A stretch of 64,000 nt of DNA. Origin: a virus. The notes beneath the pieces were generated by a model. The model was not told the DNA's origin. It saw only the letters and a list, made by a program, of their open reading frames with translations, and did no database searches. The stretch lies in IMG/VR virus record IMGVR_UViG_3300006104_000014, positions 13,360 to 77,359 of that record. The stretch is one strand, 5' to 3'. Positions 1 through 10,306 of this stretch are shown one piece after another (within the stretch, counting starts at the first letter, position 1; each line of letters begins with the position of its first letter). Both the position numbers and the translations under genes were made by a program.

Positions 1-219
1 GATTGTTGTTAGTTGATCCGGGCCTAATCCTGTCCACTGACTCTTACTAGGTCTAAATTGAACAAAGACAGCAGGCCAGGCAACTTCTTCGAGAGGATAT
101 TCAATCGTAACACTATTAGGGGTTAGTTCCAAGGTCGTATTGGAAGTACGTTCTCCAAGAGCATCAAACCCAGCATTTAGTGCTTCTACTATAGACGTTT
201 TTACACCTGTAATAAACAT
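1..219 (-). CDS. Probable tail terminator/completion protein, N-terminal part (runs off window)
   Basis: Open frame MFITGVKTSIVEAL...VTIEYPLEEVAWPAVFVQF; start overlaps upstream stop; follows neck genes. Confidence 0.5.
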   Translation of the reverse strand, partial: MFITGVKTSIVEALNAGFDALGERTSNTTLELTPNSVTIEYPLEEVAWPAVFVQFRPSKSQWTGLGPDQLTTI

Positions 220-716
220 TAACCCCTCCCCTCTAAGATCATCATGATATCTCTGACAGCAGACTCTTCAAGCATTCTCAAAACTTCTTGGCCTGTTAAT
301 GTTTGAACCCATTCTGATGTAGCTTGTCTCAAAGCTTTTTCAGCAAAGTGTTTACCTTCAATACCTGGATGCTCCCAGGTAGTCTTAGTACTAATAAGAT
401 CACCATGCTCATCTCTAGATACTAATCTTACCCTACCAATATTGCTGCTAGTTGCTCTTCTAAAGATTACACTACCACTAGAAAGTCTAATAGGAATAGT
501 TCTTCCAGCTAATTCTGTCTGTAATCTAGATTCTACACCATCGTTTTGGTAACGCATGTATTGAACTTCAGGTGGAATCTCAATACCCACTTGTCCTTCG
601 GCACTTGCAGGGCGTAAAGCATTTGCACCTTTACCAGTTTTCCTTGGAGCCAATACCTTAGCTATTTCAGAAGCTCTTTGGGAAATTCTAGCTGTTATAT
701 CTGCAGGAATTTTCAT
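219..716 (-). CDS. Virion morphogenesis/neck protein (likely start ATG 716)
   Basis: ATGA overlap with upstream gene; C-terminal HPG.EGKHFAEKAL motif typical of neck/tail-completion proteins; position. Confidence 0.45.
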   Translation of the reverse strand: MKIPADITARISQRASEIAKVLAPRKTGKGANALRPASAEGQVGIEIPPEVQYMRYQNDGVESRLQTELAGRTIPIRLSSGSVIFRRATSSNIGRVRLVSRDEHGDLISTKTTWEHPGIEGKHFAEKALRQATSEWVQTLTGQEVLRMLEESAVRDIMMILEGRG

Positions 717-1441
717 ACGTAGGGTACCTGGTAGTATGGATGTTCTGGCCAAAGGTTCTCTAAGGTGCAAGTTTGATTTACTATCTTAGAGTTCGTAGGA
801 AATGGTTGATTTCCAGTTCTATAGGGTTTTATAGCTGAGTTGCTTGGACCAGTTCTTACAGTAACGGGACTAACATTTGATACTTGGAATCTAGTTGAAG
901 AAAGTACTGGAGTATCTCCATCCCATTGTTCAATTCTTACAACTAAATCACCCTGTCTCAATTGGGGAAACCAAGAAAATTGTACTTGGGGATTCTGTTG
1001 CCAAAACTGTCCAGTTTCTAAATTCTTTCTCGTATCTGCAGTATCAGAAGCCAACATATAGAGGTGGTAAGCTACAGGTTGAAAACCACCTGTAAATGTA
1101 GTACCATAGCAAGTTTGACAATAAGAGTTACCAGTCTGCTTATATACTGCAGAAACTCTAGACCTTATATTAGCATTAGGATTAGAAGGGTCTGGGGAGT
1201 CTTGACATTCCTGGCAATAAGTAACTAGACCAGCTTTTGCATCTTCAGCTCTCCAAAGTAACCTTACAATACACTGCTCACCAAACCATTGTAAGGCTTC
1301 ATCATGGAATCTTTGCTGATCAATCTCAGCCCAATTTTCTGTTTGCTTACGGACATAGAGAGAGGACTCAACCTGAAATGGAATAGTCTGTAGAGGTGGA
1401 GTAGGTTCCTCTATTGGTCCATAAGATGGCTGAATTGACAC
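713..1441 (-). CDS. Head-tail connector/neck protein with CxxC pairs
   Basis: 242 aa, CQEC and CQTCYGT.F.GG motifs, GDLVVR; synteny. Confidence 0.55.
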   Translation of the reverse strand: MSIQPSYGPIEEPTPPLQTIPFQVESSLYVRKQTENWAEIDQQRFHDEALQWFGEQCIVRLLWRAEDAKAGLVTYCQECQDSPDPSNPNANIRSRVSAVYKQTGNSYCQTCYGTTFTGGFQPVAYHLYMLASDTADTRKNLETGQFWQQNPQVQFSWFPQLRQGDLVVRIEQWDGDTPVLSSTRFQVSNVSPVTVRTGPSNSAIKPYRTGNQPFPTNSKIVNQTCTLENLWPEHPYYQVPYV

Positions 1442-1878
1442 TAGTTATCCTCGTGTCTAAACTGTTCTGAGACAGAGTTGGCAAGTGAAGAAAGGTGTTC
1501 AGCATGCTCTCTAAGAGCTTCACATTGATCTTCATGTAATGATTGATGTTCATCATCAGCAAGTATACCCATATGTCCCTGTAGATTTGACCAAGCATCA
1601 AAAGCTGCTGAATGTAAGTGAGCAGCAAGAGCATGAGAAGGGGAAGTAATTGGGTCAATGCCCCGTTTTTCAGCACCCACTTGTTGCTGTCTAGTTATTG
1701 GATGGCCCCCAGTAGTATCATAGGCTAACTTTCCGTGGAAATCCATCATATCATCGTGGAGTCCCATCATTTCATTGGCTCTAGTCAAATAATGATTAGC
1801 TGTCCAAAACTTAAACTTATTTGTAAAATCTTTAAAATCTTCATCAGATTCGTTAGCGTAACGTTGATTCCAATCCAC
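1441..1878 (-). CDS. His-rich hypothetical protein with DWNQRYA leader
   Basis: 145 aa ORF, translationally coupled on both sides. Confidence 0.7.
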   Translation of the reverse strand: MDWNQRYANESDEDFKDFTNKFKFWTANHYLTRANEMMGLHDDMMDFHGKLAYDTTGGHPITRQQQVGAEKRGIDPITSPSHALAAHLHSAAFDAWSNLQGHMGILADDEHQSLHEDQCEALREHAEHLSSLANSVSEQFRHEDN

Positions 1879-2744
1879 TACATACCACCCATATTTACAG
1901 CAGCATACATAAAGTGAGGACGTGCTGGGTTGATAAACATTCTTGGAATAAGACCACCAGCAACCAAAAGACTTCTCTTAGAACCAACCATGTATGCACG
2001 CTTCATCTGACGGAGCTGTTTGTCAGCAATTTCTTTCTCTATGTTATAGAGATCCATCCAGCGATTATAGTAATCTCTTCTATTCATCCAGGCAGCATTC
2101 ATACCTTCTGGAGTAGGTTGCTCAATATAGTTTCTAGCAATATGCTTAATGAAGTGAGCATAGGTTTGAGTAGCTAATACACCCCACCAGGTAGAAGGAA
2201 ACGGAACCATTGCATTAGAACCCATATCATAAGCTGGACGGAATACGGGCTGAAACTCATAGTTAATATAGTCTAAAGCTTCTGTTGACATAAGGAATGC
2301 AACATCTTCGTACATATTAAAACCAGATTGACTAAGCTCCTGCAAGTATGGACCACCAGAAGAGGAGTCAAAACTTTTATCTAATCTATGTACAATTCCA
2401 GCAACTAATTGCTTTTCATCTGCTGTTAACATTTGCCAATAAGGCATTGCTTCTGTAATAGTAAAGGAGTCTGAGTAAAACCTTGCATTCCCACTAGTAG
2501 TATAGGACCAATTGGCTTTATAGTTACCTAATATAGTTGTCTCTGTAGAGCTGAGACTATAGGTATAAGTTCCTGTACTTTCACGAGTAGCTGCTGTCCC
2601 ACTTGGAACCAGTACGACGTTATTATCAGTATTAATAACTTCTAGGGTCACCGAATTGTCATCAGCATCTGTAAGTGCACCTTGAACATAGATCATAAGC
2701 CCAATGGGCTCCACGGAATATTGTGGAATGGGTCTTACCCTCAT
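1878..2744 (-). CDS. Head-to-tail adaptor-like protein with N-terminal Ig-like domain
   Basis: 288 aa; beta-rich N-terminus (GTYTY..GNYKANW), RRDYYNRW; position downstream of capsid genes. Confidence 0.55.
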   Translation of the reverse strand: MRVRPIPQYSVEPIGLMIYVQGALTDADDNSVTLEVINTDNNVVLVPSGTAATRESTGTYTYSLSSTETTILGNYKANWSYTTSGNARFYSDSFTITEAMPYWQMLTADEKQLVAGIVHRLDKSFDSSSGGPYLQELSQSGFNMYEDVAFLMSTEALDYINYEFQPVFRPAYDMGSNAMVPFPSTWWGVLATQTYAHFIKHIARNYIEQPTPEGMNAAWMNRRDYYNRWMDLYNIEKEIADKQLRQMKRAYMVGSKRSLLVAGGLIPRMFINPARPHFMYAAVNMGGM

Positions 2745-4609
2745 TAGCTTAATCCAATAACAGAAATAGTACTTCCATATACTTGTAAGTTTGTACCAGA
2801 GTTGTTTGCAGCTAATACAAGTAACGTATTACTATTTGTATTAGCAAAAGATGCTATAAAGTTAACAGTTGGCGATAAGTAACTACCGAGTTGTATAGTA
2901 AATACTTCTTTACGGTCAATAAAGGCAGATCCAGAAGTCCCATAACCAAGCCAAGGATTGATGGCTGCAGCTCCACTATTATTACCCATATAAGCACTTA
3001 TAGAAATGAGATACTTAGTAAAACCACTAACTGTAGTAGATGCACAAACAGTTGGACTATAACTTGGAGTTGGAACAGTAGTAGTAAAGTTTACTCCAGA
3101 GGCACTTCCTGTAGCATTATTTGACCAGCCATTAACTTGGGGACTAGCCCATACTACACTTGTACCACTAGTTGTAAGTACCTGTCCATCTGAACCAGCT
3201 GTTACAGCTGCTGATGGACTAATTGGGGAAGCTAACGTAGTAGCACTTGGGACCGTTCCACCAACTTTACTACCTGAAATTGTAGCATTAGCAAGATAAC
3301 CCGTAACTGTTACAGCTGGTACTATGACATTACTAGGCAAGGTCCCAGGATTAATTTGGGTTGGGACAATTTGTCCAGTTAGAGCTAAGGAGGTATTAGC
3401 ACTTGCAACTATACTCAATACCTGGGAACCAGAAATAGTTACTGGAGAATAACCAGTAACTTGGCTACCAGAAATAGTTCCAGTTAATGCCAAAGAAGTA
3501 TTAGCACTTACAGATGTAGTAGCATTTGCAACTGTACCCGTTACCTGAGCACCAGGAATATATACACCACTTTGGAAGGTTCCAGGTTGTACACTGCTAG
3601 CTACTACGTTAGTTGTTACTATTCCAGTAACTTGGGATCCACTAATAGTTGCATTTGCAAGGTAACCATAAACGTTAGTACCACTGATAGTAGCATTAGC
3701 TATATTTCCTGTTACAGTTACAGCATTTACTAATACATTACTTGGAAGTGTACCAGGATTAATCTGAGTAGTGTTAATATTACCAGATAATGCTGATGCT
3801 GTATTAGCACTTGCAACTGCTGTACTAACTTGACTACCCAAAATAGTAGCGGTAGAAGTCAATCCACTAGCTAAGGCTACTGGGCTTTTAACTTGGCTTC
3901 CACTAATAGTACTTGACGATAAGTATCCAGAAACTTGGGCAGCAGCTAATGTTCCAGTTAAATTAGTGGCATTAGTGGCATTGGTAGCGTTAGTAGCATT
4001 AGTAGCATTAGCTACAACACCAGATACTCTACTACCAGAAATAGTAGCATTAGATAAGGGTCCATAAACAGCTGACCCAGAAATAGTAGCATTGGCTGTA
4101 AGGTCACCATAAACAGCTGCACCACTAATGGTTATCCCGGATGGTAACGGACCAGCATTAATCTCTGATGTATCTACAGTAAGATTAGACCATTGGCCAC
4201 TTGTAGTCGAAGTAGAAGTAAAAAACTGGCCAGAAACTGTTGGAGCTGGAAAGTCACCATTGTTAATTTGATTAACAAAGCCAAAATCTGAAGCTAATGC
4301 ACCATGGGACCAAGTAGTTCCACTAGCCCAACCTGAAGCAGTAAACCCAGATGTACCTTCTTGGCCTCTAATTACTGTTGCTGTTGTAGCATTAGCTGTA
4401 TAGCTAGTAACATAAACAATTTCTGAAACATTACCACTAGCTGTTGTACTTTGGTTTGGGTTAATAACAAGTGGCAAATAATTAGTACCAGTAGTAACTG
4501 TAATATTACCTAAACCTGACCCAGTAAAATGGATAGTAGTACTATTTGCCAATAGCCCACCTGTACCCAAAGTACCAGTTAAAAAGTTAGCTCGTAAACG
4601 CTGAACCAA
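2744..4609 (-). CDS. Ser/Thr/Gly-rich repetitive fibre/structural protein
   Basis: 621 aa with many ATISGSQV-type repeats, (NAT)n run, ...VIRGQEGT fibre-base motif. Confidence 0.65.
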   Translation of the reverse strand: MVQRLRANFLTGTLGTGGLLANSTTIHFTGSGLGNITVTTGTNYLPLVINPNQSTTASGNVSEIVYVTSYTANATTATVIRGQEGTSGFTASGWASGTTWSHGALASDFGFVNQINNGDFPAPTVSGQFFTSTSTTSGQWSNLTVDTSEINAGPLPSGITISGAAVYGDLTANATISGSAVYGPLSNATISGSRVSGVVANATNATNATNATNATNLTGTLAAAQVSGYLSSSTISGSQVKSPVALASGLTSTATILGSQVSTAVASANTASALSGNINTTQINPGTLPSNVLVNAVTVTGNIANATISGTNVYGYLANATISGSQVTGIVTTNVVASSVQPGTFQSGVYIPGAQVTGTVANATTSVSANTSLALTGTISGSQVTGYSPVTISGSQVLSIVASANTSLALTGQIVPTQINPGTLPSNVIVPAVTVTGYLANATISGSKVGGTVPSATTLASPISPSAAVTAGSDGQVLTTSGTSVVWASPQVNGWSNNATGSASGVNFTTTVPTPSYSPTVCASTTVSGFTKYLISISAYMGNNSGAAAINPWLGYGTSGSAFIDRKEVFTIQLGSYLSPTVNFIASFANTNSNTLLVLAANNSGTNLQVYGSTISVIGLS

Positions 4610-4617
4610 TTTAGGTC

Positions 4618-5154
4618 CTACTTAATCTCGGTGGGGTGATGTTGAGTTCTTACAACTGTTGGGTCAAAAGTAAGGAACGTTTGTGGTTGTCTACCATCAT
4701 AGCCATAACCACGAGTAGGCACAGCAATTGGATGATTAACCCATACAAAGCTAGGGTCACCTTGTTGACCATGACTTACCGTAAGGATATCTTTACCGTG
4801 TACCTCTACAATAATAGCAGCATGATCGCCAGTACCAGCACCATAGATAACAACATCTCCAGGCTTAACCTGAGCAATGTCAATGTGCTTACCAGTTGCA
4901 AGTAAGGTTCCAGTATACCCTGTGTGGTTATAACGTTGACCATTGGGGTCATGCATACCAGCAAGAGCATAGCAATCAGTTACAAAAGCAGAGCAATCTG
5001 CCTCAAATGGCCAGGTTAAAGGCCAAATGTTTTCTTCTTGCATTCGCTGAGCACCCTCAGTATAATTATACTTGTGGTGGCTAGTTTTGTTATCAGTAAC
5101 AAACCACTTAGCCCACTCTACCGCTGCTGGACGTCCATCTATAGCTGTTGCCAT
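4618..5154 (-). CDS. NlpC/P60-CHAP type cell-wall peptidase (candidate endolysin)
   Basis: DCSAFV catalytic Cys, KPGDVVIY, DHAAI His, second His in VSHG. Confidence 0.75.
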   Translation of the reverse strand: MATAIDGRPAAVEWAKWFVTDNKTSHHKYNYTEGAQRMQEENIWPLTWPFEADCSAFVTDCYALAGMHDPNGQRYNHTGYTGTLLATGKHIDIAQVKPGDVVIYGAGTGDHAAIIVEVHGKDILTVSHGQQGDPSFVWVNHPIAVPTRGYGYDGRQPQTFLTFDPTVVRTQHHPTEIK

Positions 5155-5240
5155 TATAATCTCCTTAATAACCCTTCAACTTATAATATGTCTTACAGCT
5201 TCTAGTACATTAACGAATTGTATCTCCTAAGTTACTAACT

Positions 5241-5304
5241 TATGGGGATAAATTATACCCAATACTATAGATACTTTAAAGAGAACTAATTGTACTGGGG
5301 TCTC
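5241..5304 (-). promoter_or_regulatory. Sigma70-like promoter with upstream inverted repeat
   Basis: TTTAAA-17nt-TATAAT on minus strand, preceded by GAGAC..TACAATTAG.TCTC; similar element near 49891-49954. Confidence 0.45.
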
Positions 5305-5314
5305 GTTTAAGGGA

Positions 5315-5500
5315 TTAGGTGGGTTCTACCCATTCTGTGGGGTCACTTACAACTTCTTGACCGTGGGTAGTATAGGTGGGTTGTGCAATTTCTGAAACTT
5401 GAGCTGTAGCGGTAACATTAAACTGCATACCAGAAAGAGTAACTGGTGTTGGTGGATAAAAAGCTCCACCATTAAAGAATAGTGAACTAATTTGTTTCAT
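5315..5500 (-). CDS. Small structural hypothetical protein
   Basis: 61 aa, ATGA overlap with upstream gene. Confidence 0.55.
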   Translation of the reverse strand: MKQISSLFFNGGAFYPPTPVTLSGMQFNVTATAQVSEIAQPTYTTHGQEVVSDPTEWVEPT

Positions 5501-7551
5501 GCTATTCTCACAATATCCATCTCTACACCATCAAGAGATTCGTTTGAAGTGTTCCCCCATGTACCAAGTGCGATAGTAAACGACCCACCTGCAGCAATTC
5601 GCCAAATGTAATCACCAATGTAGTCACCGTTGATATCTTGAGCAACTGCAATAGTAAGTGGGTCTGGGTCTCCAGACAACCAACCTGGGAAGTTTCCACC
5701 TACAGCTGATGCACCAGTAGCAAATCTTACCTGGCTAGACCCATGGTATGAAGTGTATTGGAACGCTAAACGCACCATATAGGTTCCAGTTGTGTTGATA
5801 TTAATAGTTTTACCATCTGCATTGAGTGAAATATCACTTCCAGCTGATGAATTATCATTTTGTAAGGTCCAATGTGCTGTATCTTGCCCGACTATAATCC
5901 AAGTCCCTTGGGGTAAGGGAGTATTTGGAGTCAACATCGCAAGATTTAATCTTGAATCCCCTACAACTCCTGGTCCAGTTGACCCTTGTGCTCCCTGTGG
6001 ACCTTGAAAACCTTGTGCACCTTGTACTCCACCACCACCAAAAGAAAAGCTCCATGAGCTGTAGGGATCAGATGAATCTCCATCGTAATAGTAATTTGGA
6101 GCTATTGTAATAGTACCAGAAGATACGTCTGTAATATATCCACCAAAGTAAACATTATAAGGGTCACCTGTCCAACTTACGTAAACATAGTCACTTGGTT
6201 GGTAAGCAATATTAGTTTCGTTAATGACAAACGTTTGTGGGTCATACGACATCGTAATAGATGTATTAGATGTAGCTGTGTAACCATTACCTGGGACACC
6301 TTGTGGACCCTGTGCTCCACCTGGGACAAACTGCTGGGTTCCTTTAAAGAGGACAGCAGCTTCAGCAGCACCAGCATTTTCTGGATTATAAGGTGGAGTA
6401 TCTGTTACTTCTACGTGTACAGAAACTGTACCAGTTGCTGTTATGTAGTAAGAACCACTACCATTGAGCCCGTGAACAACGGTGTCTAATCCAATTGGTG
6501 TTGGGTCAGCCCCAGAGCCAACTACTATTGTTCCCCCGTTACCGAGAAAAGAACCCGTACCAATAAGCAACTCATTTACTAGTGTAGGTGTTAATGGGGC
6601 TGTAGTAAAACCAGACGTGGGGTATCCAGTATTATTAGTCTCAAAAGTATACGTATCTACTGGGTCGTTAGTATCGACGTTAGTAATCTCGTATACAATT
6701 AAGTTAGAACCATTTTGCTGCCCAGATGATACTGCGACATTAACTGTACCTGGGTCAAACGATGCTGTGCCACTAGTAACAGGGGTGTATGAATAACCGA
6801 TATAGTTAGGATTATTATTAGCATTGGGACCAGATACTTGAGAAATTAAAGTACTTCCACTAGCTGGAGCCCAATTAATTGTTGGAACACCACCACCACC
6901 TTGACCAGCAATTGATAAGATAGATACTAAGAGGTTACCAGAAGCTGGTACCGTAGATAGGGTAATGGGTACTCCACCATTTTCTCCCCACCCAGATACT
7001 ATAGTAGTTGATACTACCTCTGGAGTACTTACTACAATACTACCAGCTGATACTATTGGGTTTGCTGGATCTGTACTATTTACGACAATACCTGAACCAG
7101 CTACAACTGATACAACTATTCCCTCACTTGGGTTGGCCCAAAGTAAGTTAGTCCCATCCGTTGATAATACCGTTCCACTAGTTGTAACACTGCCAATAGT
7201 TTGATTGACTACCGTATTTGCTTCAGCTAAATCTGTGGCTGTAAGTACAGGGACAACTATAGCATTTGCTGTATGGCTTCTAGCTGTCGTTCCATCAGCA
7301 CCTCTCGTAACCCCAGTAACATATACAGCACCACTTGCCCAATCATAATCACCCTGAGGAATATAAATCTTTTCTTCTTCTGGATTACCGTAATCTAAAG
7401 CTGCCCAAAAACCAGCTGTAGAACCTAAACCATTCCAAGTATGATTACCTAAAATGTAGAAATTTTCTGATAGGCTAGATATAATAGTTGTCAGGAAACC
7501 ATTATTAGCTCCACCAACATAAGAATTAAGTGAATAAGGGGTTCTTGACAT
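5497..7551 (-). CDS. Fibre protein with short collagen-like G-X-Q repeats
   Basis: 684 aa; GAQGPQG and GVQGAQGFQGPQGAQG; VTRGADGTTARSH base motif. Confidence 0.7.
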   Translation of the reverse strand: MSRTPYSLNSYVGGANNGFLTTIISSLSENFYILGNHTWNGLGSTAGFWAALDYGNPEEEKIYIPQGDYDWASGAVYVTGVTRGADGTTARSHTANAIVVPVLTATDLAEANTVVNQTIGSVTTSGTVLSTDGTNLLWANPSEGIVVSVVAGSGIVVNSTDPANPIVSAGSIVVSTPEVVSTTIVSGWGENGGVPITLSTVPASGNLLVSILSIAGQGGGGVPTINWAPASGSTLISQVSGPNANNNPNYIGYSYTPVTSGTASFDPGTVNVAVSSGQQNGSNLIVYEITNVDTNDPVDTYTFETNNTGYPTSGFTTAPLTPTLVNELLIGTGSFLGNGGTIVVGSGADPTPIGLDTVVHGLNGSGSYYITATGTVSVHVEVTDTPPYNPENAGAAEAAVLFKGTQQFVPGGAQGPQGVPGNGYTATSNTSITMSYDPQTFVINETNIAYQPSDYVYVSWTGDPYNVYFGGYITDVSSGTITIAPNYYYDGDSSDPYSSWSFSFGGGGVQGAQGFQGPQGAQGSTGPGVVGDSRLNLAMLTPNTPLPQGTWIIVGQDTAHWTLQNDNSSAGSDISLNADGKTININTTGTYMVRLAFQYTSYHGSSQVRFATGASAVGGNFPGWLSGDPDPLTIAVAQDINGDYIGDYIWRIAAGGSFTIALGTWGNTSNESLDGVEMDIVRIA

Positions 7552-8132
7552 TATTGGTACTCTACCTCTATAGTAAACTCGATCATATCATTAAGAGCAA
7601 TTGGAACTTCGGGGAAATCAACTTTAGCAAATAATCCTGGTTCTGCTTGAGTTACAGCTGTGTTAGCTGCACATTGAGCTAATGGTAACGATCCATTTTG
7701 CCCTCTTAGTACATAAAGACCATATTGATCTCCACTAGCTATAGTCATTACTTCTGTTACTACCTGTATGTTGTCTCCAGTTGTAAAGTATGGAGAACCA
7801 GAAACTTCTATATAACTTTGACTAGTACTAGAAATTTCACTAGTTAAATACCCTTGGGTTTGTGTATTTGCATCAAAATAGATTAACCCAATATTAGTCA
7901 TATCATAACTACCAGGTGAAGTAAATGTAGCTGTAAAATAGGCAGTTGACCCAGAGGCGTTTACATTAAATTGTGGTCTAGAGTAACCATTAGCTTCTAC
8001 TTCATTAAAGAGGGCTACATCAGTTACAGAAGTTGTTCCACTCCCACATCCTACTCCAAGGTAAGTGGGCACAGCATAAGCCGATAACTCTGCATTGATG
8101 AAATTTCCATTAGTCGTTATTAGGCCTGTCAT
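7551..8132 (-). CDS. Structural (collar/fibre-associated) protein
   Basis: 193 aa; YLGVGCGS..TDVALFNE and EVMTI..VLRGQNG motifs. Confidence 0.55.
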   Translation of the reverse strand: MTGLITTNGNFINAELSAYAVPTYLGVGCGSGTTSVTDVALFNEVEANGYSRPQFNVNASGSTAYFTATFTSPGSYDMTNIGLIYFDANTQTQGYLTSEISSTSQSYIEVSGSPYFTTGDNIQVVTEVMTIASGDQYGLYVLRGQNGSLPLAQCAANTAVTQAEPGLFAKVDFPEVPIALNDMIEFTIEVEYQ

Positions 8133-8250
8133 ACTCTTCCTTAGATGGAGAAGGGTCCAAGAGATTACCTAAGTACTCTCTTGAACCGTCTTCTCTAACA
8201 ATTACAGCATGGACGGTTATTTTCCTACTGGAAGCAACCTCGTCCATTTA

Positions 8251-9168
8251 CTAGCACTGCTGATTCTTAGTGTTTCTTTGCTTAGTTTGGTCCAAGTTAC
8301 TTTGGTATTGAGCAAAGTAACCATCTTGGATCTGAGTCTCCTGTACGTTAGTACCAATCTGACGGACTTGATATTGGTTTACAAGTGGGGTCTCAATCGA
8401 ACCACCAGGACCACCAATTACTTGGTAGGCGTGAACTGTAGCATCATCAACCCAAGTTGGTTTTGCATAAGGACTACCAACGTAGTTAGGGTAAGGAGTT
8501 GATTCACTGATTTCAGCCAAGTTAACGTTAACAAGAGCAGCACCACTAAAGAACGTTCCAGAACCTACAGCAAAATTACCACCAAAACCACTGGTGATGG
8601 TAACAACTAAGTTGGTACCACTAGTAACCGAAACTACTTTGGGAAGGTTAGGCTCAAAGAACGTCTGGTTAAAGGTAGCAGACGAAATAAAGTCACCAAC
8701 CTTAGGAGCACCATTAACATAACCATAACCTGAGAACGTAAGGGTGTCACCATTAACTACATCTGGAGCACCATTAACACATGACGATACGTACCAAGGG
8801 TAGGTATCAATGTTGGGGGCGTCAGTTGTAAAGATAATGTCCGTTGAAGTGTGCTCAAGGTAAGAAGAAGGGCTTCCAACTACTTCAGCATAAACACCCG
8901 TTGGTAAAGCTGCAAGCATAGCATTTTGCAATGTCTTTACAGTAGCACCAGTTTGGATAGCATCAGAATCTACAACTATACTATTCCAGTCAGACTCAAT
9001 GTTAATGTGGTTAACATCGATGGAGTTGACAACCAGTCTGTAAAGGCTCCAGCTTGTATAACCAGCGTTTACAACTTTGTCAACGTTGGTCCAATAAGAG
9101 TTAGCACCTGGTCTGGTATTTCCTCTTACAACCTGCTTGGCTGTCTGTTCGTAATTAACACTAACCAT
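8251..9168 (-). CDS. Beta-rich virion structural protein
   Basis: 305 aa ORF in capsid operon. Confidence 0.5.
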   Translation of the reverse strand: MVSVNYEQTAKQVVRGNTRPGANSYWTNVDKVVNAGYTSWSLYRLVVNSIDVNHINIESDWNSIVVDSDAIQTGATVKTLQNAMLAALPTGVYAEVVGSPSSYLEHTSTDIIFTTDAPNIDTYPWYVSSCVNGAPDVVNGDTLTFSGYGYVNGAPKVGDFISSATFNQTFFEPNLPKVVSVTSGTNLVVTITSGFGGNFAVGSGTFFSGAALVNVNLAEISESTPYPNYVGSPYAKPTWVDDATVHAYQVIGGPGGSIETPLVNQYQVRQIGTNVQETQIQDGYFAQYQSNLDQTKQRNTKNQQC

Positions 9169-9170
9169 TA

Positions 9171-9527
9171 TTAGAAACCTCTCTGTGTGGTGTTGTACTG
9201 ACCATTTTGGAAAACAAGCCCACCGTTATTGACGGCTGCCCAAGGACCACCCGGGGGATTGGGGTTAAAGCCAATTGGGTTATAAACTTGTCTTAAGAAT
9301 GGGTAAAAGAAGTTCGTATTAGCATACGTAAGGTTCTCAATGGCGGTATTAGGTGTAACAATACCAACAGGCTCTGCAGCAACAGCAACTTCTTCTACTG
9401 GAGCTGGGGCTGGGGCTTCGGCCTTGGCAGCCTTAGTCTTCTTAGAAGGGAGCTCAGAAACAGCCTCTACTGGGGCCTCTGGCTCTACTACATTTTCGGT
9501 TTCAGCGTTAGCTGTTTCCTCGCTCAA
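9171..9527 (-). CDS. Hypothetical protein, acidic Ala/Pro-rich N-terminus
   Basis: 118 aa, RBS AAGGAG upstream. Confidence 0.65.
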   Translation of the reverse strand: MSEETANAETENVVEPEAPVEAVSELPSKKTKAAKAEAPAPAPVEEVAVAAEPVGIVTPNTAIENLTYANTNFFYPFLRQVYNPIGFNPNPPGGPWAAVNNGGLVFQNGQYNTTQRGF

Positions 9528-9544
9528 CTTCTTTCTCCTTTAGT

Positions 9545-10150
9545 TTAGAGGATGAATTCTGTTTCTCCCTGACCCACGTGGGCTCGGAAATTCTTGGGGC
9601 TCTCTGGCTTATTTTGTGATTGAGCCCAAATTTGTTGGGGGGTTTGACTTGGACCATTTGGTTCTCCCTCTTCAGGGACACCTGGCTTGTACATACCATT
9701 GTTACTAGAAGCGTCTACACCTAATGATTCCATCAGGTGGTCAAGGTGACTTCCCGTCTCGTTCTTTTCGTCTTCAAGTTCATTAATTCTTTCATAAGCC
9801 TCTTCTTCGGAAAGGAACTTGATCTTTCCTCTTTGAACAGCTCTAAGAACAAATGGATCTCTTCTTAAGCTCTCGTCAAGCTGTTGAATCGAACCATGAA
9901 TACCATTTGGCTTAAGCTTAAATGATAAACCCTTTGGGCTACTAAAGTTTGTTGGGGAACTCATTAAGTTCTCAATCCATGCATCTGGAGTGATGTCTTG
10001 TAACCCTTTGGTACTTGGTGGAACAAAGACCTTAGCAGCGGAAAGGTCTACTGGGTCTGCCTTATGTTCTACAATCTCTCCGTCAAATGATGGTACATTT
10101 AACGGAGTTGATTCACCGTTTTCGCCTGCTCTTGATACTGTTCTAGCCAT
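9545..10150 (-). CDS. Hypothetical protein downstream of major capsid gene
   Basis: 201 aa, RBS AGGAG. Confidence 0.7.
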   Translation of the reverse strand: MARTVSRAGENGESTPLNVPSFDGEIVEHKADPVDLSAAKVFVPPSTKGLQDITPDAWIENLMSSPTNFSSPKGLSFKLKPNGIHGSIQQLDESLRRDPFVLRAVQRGKIKFLSEEEAYERINELEDEKNETGSHLDHLMESLGVDASSNNGMYKPGVPEEGEPNGPSQTPQQIWAQSQNKPESPKNFRAHVGQGETEFIL

Positions 10151-10250
10151 GATGGTCTCCTAGTTTCTAGGGAACAAATTTTGTTCCTCACGTTAAGGGA
10201 GTACTTCTTGATACTTATATTGCTATGATGCATTAATTACATGTTACAAT

Positions 10251-10290
10251 AGCAGAGAACCCCTGGCTTTTTACACCAGGGGCCTCCACC
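10251..10290 (-). terminator. GC-rich hairpin after major capsid gene
   Basis: GGTGGAGGCCCCTGG-loop-CCAGGGGTTCTCTGCT; weak U tract. Confidence 0.5.
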
Positions 10291-10306
10291 AAAACGATTG
10301 TTAAGA